Assembly (NCBI GenBank): GCA_007133195.1
Contig: SLNH01000154.1
Span: forward strand, 1-16,649
Length of the DNA stretch: 16,649 nucleotides
Reading direction: 5' to 3'
Origin: Nannocystineae bacterium
Lineage (GTDB): Bacteria; Myxococcota_A; Polyangia; Haliangiales; Haliangiaceae
The first letter of the stretch is position 1. Every line of letters starts with the position of its first letter. The notes beneath the pieces are model-generated. The model worked only from the letters and a program-made list of their open reading frames with translations. It was not told the DNA's origin and did not search any database. The translations under genes and the position numbers were made by a program. Positions 11,455 through 16,649 of the stretch are shown here, one piece after another.

Positions 11455-13098
11455 TTAGGTGAGATTGGGGTCGGCGTCTCCGGCTCCCGCTCCACCGCCG
11501 GGACCCGACGAGGTCGGCACCGCCAGTGAGCCGAGCTCGCCGCCCAGCTCGGAAAACCAGCCGAAAAACGTCGGTAGCATCGCTTTGCGATCGGGATCGA
11601 GATAGTCAAAGTTTCCGCCGCGGTCGGAGATCTCCCAGAACTCCTCGTTCTCGACGGCGGCGAGCTCATCCCGGATGGATCGCAGCCGCTCGGCGCGCTC
11701 GTCGGCCATGTCGTGCCAGATCCGGCGCGCCATCTCGATCTCTCCCTGCTTGAGGTAGTAGGTCGCCAGCTTGATTTGTGCCTTCCGTACCCCGCGCAAG
11801 CTCGCCTCTTGGATCTCGCCTTCGGTCACCGACGGATCGACCTCCAAAAACAGGTCTACGAGCTCCGACTCTGCGGCTGAGCGAATGGCATGGGCGGTTT
11901 CGCACATAGCGCCCAGGTCATAGGCGACGGTCTCCGTGATGAAGGCGAGCTTCTTCGCGTAACTCAAGTGTCCATAGTACTTGATGTGAGCCGCGATTTT
12001 CAGGGCGGTTTCTCCGTCGCCGAACTCGAGCGCTGCCTCGCCCATAATGCGATATTGGTTGAGAATGGTATAGGCGGTGCGGACGTCGCTGCGATTCAGA
12101 GTCGCCCGCAGGTAGGTGTTGAAGAACTTGATGGAGAGGCTGAGGGGCTCGGGCAGACGCGCCTGTAGGGCGCGCCGCGCGATGGCGCAGGTGTTGATGG
12201 CGACGATGTAGTTGATGTCGCGCATGCCGGCGAGGGCCTCGGTGTAAATGGACTGGTACTGGCGCAAAATCTTGAACTCGAGCCACGCCTCCCCGCGCTC
12301 GAGCCGCGTGAGGGAGCTATCGGCCATCGACGAAAAGTCGGGGTTGACCGCGACGGCCTCGCTGACGCGATACCAGTCGCTACCGCTCGGGGGCCTGTGC
12401 TCGAAGTAGGAGAAGGTGAGGTCCCGGAGCGCATCCACGCAGTGCGTGGCGATGATCTTGTCTTTGTTCGTGACCGCGTGGATGGCGATGTCGGTGAGCT
12501 GCTCCGTCCGGTGGAGAAACCGGCGCTGGTGCGCGAGCACGGCGCTCTGGTTGCGGGTGAGGCTCGCCGCGACGGGCTCGCGACGCGCCTCTTCCTCGAT
12601 CCGCGCGACCAGGTTCTCGGGAGCCAGAAACCGGAACACGTAGGCGAAGTAGGGCGCCATCAAGACGAAGCCGACCGTGCCGATGGCGAGCATGGCGATG
12701 AGGCTCACTCTCGGCACCCAGTCGTCGCCCACGGCGAACGCGATCCAAATCGCCTTGACGCCGCCGATGAGATAGAGCGACATCGCGAGCTGGTTCGCCC
12801 GGTCGCGGAAGAACATCTCCGTCACCGCCGGCGTGTAGCGGGTGGCGGTTAGCTGAACGATAATCGAGACGACCGTGACGATGATCCCCAAGATCGCCGC
12901 GATCGTCGTGGCGACCTGGCCGATCGATTCGGAGACGACCCCGTCGTCGAAGCTCAGATAGTTGACGAGCGGATTCGGGAACCCCGCGTCGTCCAGGTAG
13001 TGATCGATGGAGAACAGCGCCGCGAGCAGCCCCATGGCGATGGCTGACAGAACGAGCATCGGCGCGAGCCAGTCGCGGCGGCGGGTGAGGGCCGGCAT
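11455..13098 (-). CDS. Uncharacterised polytopic membrane protein (4 N-terminal TM helices plus ~370-aa cytoplasmic alpha-helical domain)
   Basis: 547 aa. TM segments: WLAPMLVLSAIAMGLLAALFSI, IGQVATTIAAILGIIVTVVSIIVQL, LAMSLYLIGGVKAIWIAFAV, VSLIAMLAIGTVGFVLMAPYFAYVF. It is first in an apparent three-gene operon. The coding assignment rests on ORF length, high third-position GC and operon context. No family is confidently recognised; it may belong to a DUF-type predicted-membrane-protein family. Confidence 0.7.
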   Translation of the reverse strand: MPALTRRRDWLAPMLVLSAIAMGLLAALFSIDHYLDDAGFPNPLVNYLSFDDGVVSESIGQVATTIAAILGIIVTVVSIIVQLTATRYTPAVTEMFFRDRANQLAMSLYLIGGVKAIWIAFAVGDDWVPRVSLIAMLAIGTVGFVLMAPYFAYVFRFLAPENLVARIEEEARREPVAASLTRNQSAVLAHQRRFLHRTEQLTDIAIHAVTNKDKIIATHCVDALRDLTFSYFEHRPPSGSDWYRVSEAVAVNPDFSSMADSSLTRLERGEAWLEFKILRQYQSIYTEALAGMRDINYIVAINTCAIARRALQARLPEPLSLSIKFFNTYLRATLNRSDVRTAYTILNQYRIMGEAALEFGDGETALKIAAHIKYYGHLSYAKKLAFITETVAYDLGAMCETAHAIRSAAESELVDLFLEVDPSVTEGEIQEASLRGVRKAQIKLATYYLKQGEIEMARRIWHDMADERAERLRSIRDELAAVENEEFWEISDRGGNFDYLDPDRKAMLPTFFGWFSELGGELGSLAVPTSSGPGGGAGAGDADPNLT

Positions 13099-13183
13099 CC
13101 GGCTTCACCCTACTATGGGGCCGCTCCGCGCGACCACAGCCGCGCGGGCGCAGCCCCGGAAAAAGCGCTACCATCGGGCGAGC
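13099..13183. promoter_or_regulatory. Divergent promoter region between the membrane-protein operon (-) and coaX (+), with inverted repeat CCGCGCG-N7-CGCGCGG
   Basis: 85-bp gap. The sequence ccgcgcgaccacagccgcgcgg forms a 7-bp inverted repeat. Confidence 0.25.
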
Positions 13184-13966
13184 ATGAGTCCTCACTCCCC
13201 GGCGCTGCTCGCGATCGACGTAGGCAACACCCACACCGTACTCGGCATCTACCGCGACGAGGCGCTCGTGGCCCACTGGCGGGTCGAGACGGCCGAGGAG
13301 CGGACCGCCGATGAGCTCGCCGTGCTCCTGCGCGGGCTCATGGAGCTCGAGGGGTTCGAATGGGGCGCGGTCGGCGCCGGCATCGTGTCCTCGGTGGTGC
13401 CCCCGGCGGTCGACGCGATAGGCGAGCTATTCGAACGGCACCTGCGCGTGCCCGCGCTGGTGGTCGGGCCCGGTATCAAGACCGGAATGCCGATCCTCTA
13501 CGAAAATCCGCGGGAGGTCGGGGCCGATCGGATCGTCAACGCGGTCGGGGCCTACGATCGCGTGGGGAAGGGGTGCGTCGTCGTGGATTTCGGGACGGCC
13601 ACGACCTGGGACGTGGTTACGCCGCGCGGGGAATACCTGGGCGGCGTGATCGCCCCGGGCGTCGGTATCAGCGCCGAGGCGCTGTACGTGCACGCCTCCA
13701 AGCTGCCGCGGGTCGAGATCGCGCGCCCTTCTCGGGTCATCGGCAAAAACACCGTGGCCTCGATGCAGGCGGGGCTACTTTTCGGCTACGCGGGCATGGT
13801 AGACGCGGTGGCGGCGCGGATCCGCGCCGAGCTCGACTTCGAGCCGACGTGTATCGCGACCGGTGGGTTGGCGGAGCTCATCGGCCGCGAGGCCGAGGCC
13901 ATCGACATAACCGATCCGATGCTCACGCTCCGGGGGCTCAAGACGCTATACGAGAGAAACTGCTAA
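13184..13966 (+). CDS. coaX: Type III pantothenate kinase
   Basis: 260 aa. MSPHSPALLAIDVGNTHTVLGIY carries the IDxGNT phosphate-1 motif of CoaX/Bvg accessory factor family (ASKHA fold). Also present are VVDFGTATTWD and the C-terminal ATGGLAEL motif. The track ORF start at 13007 overlaps the opposite-strand membrane gene and is rejected. Confidence 0.9.
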   Translation: MSPHSPALLAIDVGNTHTVLGIYRDEALVAHWRVETAEERTADELAVLLRGLMELEGFEWGAVGAGIVSSVVPPAVDAIGELFERHLRVPALVVGPGIKTGMPILYENPREVGADRIVNAVGAYDRVGKGCVVVDFGTATTWDVVTPRGEYLGGVIAPGVGISAEALYVHASKLPRVEIARPSRVIGKNTVASMQAGLLFGYAGMVDAVAARIRAELDFEPTCIATGGLAELIGREAEAIDITDPMLTLRGLKTLYERNC

Positions 13967-14094
13967 GGGTTAGGCGGAATGATTCGATCAGGCGAGCGCG
14001 TCCCGTTTCGCCCTCGGATTGGTCGGATTTTGCTCGAATTCCAGGTGCTTATAGGGCAAAGCCGACGAGACGAATTCCTGATTCTGGAGACTAG
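13967..14094. promoter_or_regulatory. Lower-GC intergenic region upstream of the LRV-like gene; candidate promoter or regulatory RNA with direct repeat CGAATTCC (x2, 33 bp apart) and GGATT (x2)
   Basis: 128-bp gap. A TTGCTC...TATAGG pair is a weak sigma70-like candidate but its spacing is suboptimal. GGAG lies 5 nt upstream of the ATG at 14095. Confidence 0.3.
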
Positions 14095-15234
14095 ATGCCG
14101 CTCGAGCACACGCCCCTCGATCCCGCCGCCCTGGGTGAAGAGGCCAACCGCGCGCTCGCCGGGCCGATGCAGAAGCTGGCCGCGCGCGGGCTCGCGCCCG
14201 TGTCCGAGCCGACGGAGCTCGCGAGCGTGCTCTATCAGCTCGCCACGGGCCGCGACGCGGAGCTCGCCCGGGAGGCCGAGAGCTCGGCCACCGGCCTCCC
14301 GGATGGCGTGCTGCGCGGGGCGCTCGGCAGCGAGCTCGTCGATCCGCGGGTGTTGGACTTCTTTGCGCACCGGGTGGTTCACGAGCGCGAGCCACTGCTC
14401 GAGGTCATCGTGCAAAACCCGCGGGCTGCGCCACAGACCGTGGCCGACATCGCCGCACGGGGGAGCGCGCGCCTCGTCGATCTCATCGCCGACAACCAGC
14501 GGCGCCTGCTCGAACATCCGAGCATCATCGCGTCGATGTACACGAACCCGCAGGCGCGCATGTCCACGGTCGACCGCGTGGTGGAGATCGCGGTGCGCCA
14601 GGGCGTCGTGGTGAGGGGCATCCCGGCTTGGGACGAGCTGGCGGCCGCGGTGCACAAGACCGCCGGCGGCGACCCGCTCGCCGGAGCGGGCGCCGAAACG
14701 GACGCCGAAGCGAAAAACGAGGCAGACGCGCTGTTCGCGAGCGCGGCGCTGCGGGCGAGCGCCGATCCGGATGCGAGCGGCGACGGCAACGGGGACAGCG
14801 GAGGGTCGCGCTCGCGCGCGGGCGACGCCCCCCAGCTGCCGATGTCCCAGTTGACGGTGCCGCAAAAGATCCGGCTCGCGACCTTGGGCAAGGCGAGCGC
14901 CCGCGCGACGCTGATCCGCGATCCGGCGCGGCCGGTCGCCATGGCGGCCATCAAGGCCCCGAGCGTCAACGAGGCGGAGGTGCAAAAGTACGCGGCGAAC
15001 AGCTCGCTTCACGAAGACGTGGTCAAGTATATCGCTGCGCGCAGGGAATGGACGAAGCTTTACGGGGTGAAGCTCGCCCTCGTTCAGAACCCAAAGACCC
15101 CGCTGGCGTCGTCGATGCGGCTTTTGCCGCACCTGCGCGAGCGGGACATTCGCGTGGTCTCCCGTTCCAAGGGCGTGCCCTCGGCGCTGGCCGCCCAGGC
15201 TCGCAAGCTGCTGACGCAGAAAGCGCGTGGCTGA
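14095..15234 (+). CDS. Hypothetical protein with leucine-rich-repeat-variant (LRV)-like alpha-helical repeats carrying NPxTP-type motifs
   Basis: 379 aa. Repeated ~25-30-aa units include IVQNPRAAPQTVADIAARGS, MYTNPQARMSTVDRVVEIAV, LIRDPARPVAMAAIKAPSVNEAEV and LALVQNPKTPLASSMRLLPHL, reminiscent of LRV repeats (A.vinelandii LRV protein consensus ...VR.AVA.NP.TP...). A Gly/Asp/Ala-rich low-complexity linker lies in the middle. There is no signal peptide. A good SD is present. Confidence 0.7.
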   Translation: MPLEHTPLDPAALGEEANRALAGPMQKLAARGLAPVSEPTELASVLYQLATGRDAELAREAESSATGLPDGVLRGALGSELVDPRVLDFFAHRVVHEREPLLEVIVQNPRAAPQTVADIAARGSARLVDLIADNQRRLLEHPSIIASMYTNPQARMSTVDRVVEIAVRQGVVVRGIPAWDELAAAVHKTAGGDPLAGAGAETDAEAKNEADALFASAALRASADPDASGDGNGDSGGSRSRAGDAPQLPMSQLTVPQKIRLATLGKASARATLIRDPARPVAMAAIKAPSVNEAEVQKYAANSSLHEDVVKYIAARREWTKLYGVKLALVQNPKTPLASSMRLLPHLRERDIRVVSRSKGVPSALAAQARKLLTQKARG

Positions 15235-16387
15235 CCGAGGCAAAAAACAGGCTCGCTCGCGCCCTAGCGGGGGCGGGTTGGGATTCGCGACCCGCGTCGG
15301 CGCGATCATCGCGGCGCCCACCACCGGGCTCGCGGCGTGCGACCATCCCCGCCACGGGGGCAAGGGGGTGGGCGATCTCATGGTGCTGCTCGGGCTCACG
15401 GTTCTCGCGCTGCGCAGCCAGGAGGTGGTCACGGCGGTCTTGATCATCGCGTCGGGCGAAGTGGGGGGCGGGGTGAGCTCGCTCCTCGGCGCGGCGAGCG
15501 GCGCGATCTCTCGCGAGCTTGCGCTGCTGTTCGGCCTCGGCGTCGTCATCTGGCTGGCGGCCGGAAAGCGCCGCGCTTTCGGCCGCGATCTCGATCTGGC
15601 CGCGGCGGCGGTGATACCGGTGCTCGTGCTCGAAGTGGGCGCCTCACTGGTCTTGGAGGCGATCGGTGCCCGACCGTCAGAGACCGCGAGCCAGGTGCTC
15701 GGGGGCATCGGGTACGGGTGGGCGATCGGGCTCGGTGCGCTGGCGGTGCGCCAGGCGCGCAGGCGCCCAGCGCCGGATGCCGGCGAGGCAACGGGCGATA
15801 ATGCGGTCGAGACGGCGGAGCGCGCTCCGCGGCGCTGTCGCGTGGCGGGGTGGGGCGCGCTTTCGCTGTGGGCCGGGCTCATCGCGCTTCACGGAGCGGA
15901 TATCGCCGGTGACCCGAGCCAGGTGACACCGGTGGTGTCGGGCGACCCGGCGCCCGGTTTCGAGCTCCCCGTGATCGGCGAGGACGGCGAGGTCGGGCCG
16001 GGACGGGCGGCGCTGTCGGACTTCGAAGGACAGGTCGTCGTGATCGAGTTTTGGGCCACCTGGTGCGGGCCGTGTCGCGAGTCGCTGCCGGCGCTCGAGC
16101 GCGTGCGCGCCGCGTACGAGGACCAACCGGTGGCGGTCCTGGCGGTCAACACGGAGGGGCCGGCGCAAGCGGCGAGCGCGCAGGCGATGCTGAGCGACCT
16201 GGACTTCGGCGGCGTGTCGCTGTCGGATACGGGGCGCGTGGCGGATCTCTATCGGGTGACGACGATCCCTCACTTGGCGGTGGTATCGCCGGAGGGGGAC
16301 GTGGCGATGGTTCATCGCGGCTTCCGCAGCGCGAGCCGCTACGAGGACCGGATCCGCGACGTCGTAGACGATCTCCTTGTCCGCTAG
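15227..16387 (+). CDS. Membrane-anchored TlpA/ResA-like thiol-disulfide oxidoreductase (multi-TM N-terminal domain plus C-terminal thioredoxin fold with WCGPC)
   Basis: The C-terminal domain has FELPVIGEDGEVGPGRAALSDFEGQVVVIEFWATWCGPCRESLPALE...TIPHLAVVSPEGDV (thioredoxin-like CxxC, cis-Pro in TIPH). The N-terminal 230 aa contain ~5 hydrophobic helices. The GTG start at 15227 overlaps the upstream gene's stop (GTGGCTGA). The ATG at 15380 (MVLLGL..., preceded by GGGGG) is an alternative start. GC3 of the 15227-15380 stretch is ~83%, consistent with coding. Confidence 0.7.
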   Translation: MADRGKKQARSRPSGGGLGFATRVGAIIAAPTTGLAACDHPRHGGKGVGDLMVLLGLTVLALRSQEVVTAVLIIASGEVGGGVSSLLGAASGAISRELALLFGLGVVIWLAAGKRRAFGRDLDLAAAAVIPVLVLEVGASLVLEAIGARPSETASQVLGGIGYGWAIGLGALAVRQARRRPAPDAGEATGDNAVETAERAPRRCRVAGWGALSLWAGLIALHGADIAGDPSQVTPVVSGDPAPGFELPVIGEDGEVGPGRAALSDFEGQVVVIEFWATWCGPCRESLPALERVRAAYEDQPVAVLAVNTEGPAQAASAQAMLSDLDFGGVSLSDTGRVADLYRVTTIPHLAVVSPEGDVAMVHRGFRSASRYEDRIRDVVDDLLVR

Positions 16388-16405
16388 ATTGCCGTAGGTG
16401 ACCTC

Positions 16406-16649
16406 GTGAGCGCTTCCATCTGTCCGCGATGCAGGGCCTCGCTCGATCCGGTTCGGGCGCCGGTCGCCCGCATCCGCGCAGGTCGCGTAATCAGCTACTG
16501 CTCGGCGCGGTGCGCTGACGTATCCGGTGACGCCGAAGGAGCGAAGGCGACGGAGCTGGGCGCGGCGGCCGGCGCGCCTGCCGAGGCGGCCGGGGCGGGC
16601 GCAGCGGAGCCGGCCCTCGCGCAGCCGCGGCTCGGTAAGCGCGGACCTT
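16406..16649 (+). CDS. Truncated ORF (runs off window end) with an N-terminal CxxC-x22-CxxxC zinc-ribbon / TRASH-like metal-binding motif
   Basis: GTG at 16406 is preceded by AGGTGA with a 5-6 nt spacer. It encodes MSASICPRCRASLDPVRAPVARIRAGRVISYCSARCADV... followed by an Ala/Gly-rich tail. It is in the same frame as the TlpA-like gene but separated from it by the TAG at 16385. Confidence 0.4.
   Translation, partial: MSASICPRCRASLDPVRAPVARIRAGRVISYCSARCADVSGDAEGAKATELGAAAGAPAEAAGAGAAEPALAQPRLGKRGP

Noticed and set aside
11455-11560. C-terminus of the 4-TM membrane protein (...[15 protein letters not shown]...) as a possible secondary encapsulin cargo-loading peptide
   Set aside because: It matches only the GSL tripeptide, lacks the GxLxIGSL spacing, and belongs to an integral membrane protein that could not be packaged.
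13007-13183. 5' extension of coaX (track ORF 13007-13966)
   Set aside because: It overlaps the N-terminus of the opposite-strand membrane-protein gene. CoaX homology (IDVGNTHT) starts right after the ATG at 13184.
13963-15882. Minus-strand 639-aa ORF spanning the coaX-LRV spacer, the LRV gene and part of the TlpA-like gene
   Set aside because: It crosses a clear intergenic region and two well-supported plus-strand genes. Its translation is low-complexity Arg/Ala/Pro-rich.

Overview
This is a 16.6 kb, roughly 70% GC, gene-dense chromosomal segment with GGAGG-type ribosome-binding sites and no mobile elements, CRISPR arrays, tRNAs or rRNAs. Its composition resembles Myxococcota or a high-GC alphaproteobacterium, but the taxon cannot be assigned from the sequence alone. 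I support 13 protein-coding genes plus possible fragments at both window ends. They are gyrA (-), a YyaL/COG1331 thioredoxin-domain protein (+), a 6-TM class III adenylyl cyclase (+), a nitronate monooxygenase-family flavoenzyme (-), a two-gene encapsulin operon (+), a three-gene operon of 4-TM membrane protein, coiled-coil lipoprotein and orphan REC-GAF-HD-GYP response regulator (-), type III pantothenate kinase coaX (+), an LRV-like helical-repeat protein (+), and a membrane-anchored TlpA-like thiol-disulfide oxidoreductase (+) followed by a truncated CxxC...CxxxC zinc-ribbon/TRASH-like ORF. The encapsulin operon is the most notable element: a ferritin-like EncFtn cargo gene carrying the C-terminal targeting peptide GSLGIGSL, translationally coupled (ATGA overlap) to a Family 1 HK97-fold shell gene. 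It sits between the divergent NMO gene and the convergent HD-GYP gene. Most other ORFs in the six-frame track are antisense or alternate-frame artefacts of high-GC coding DNA.
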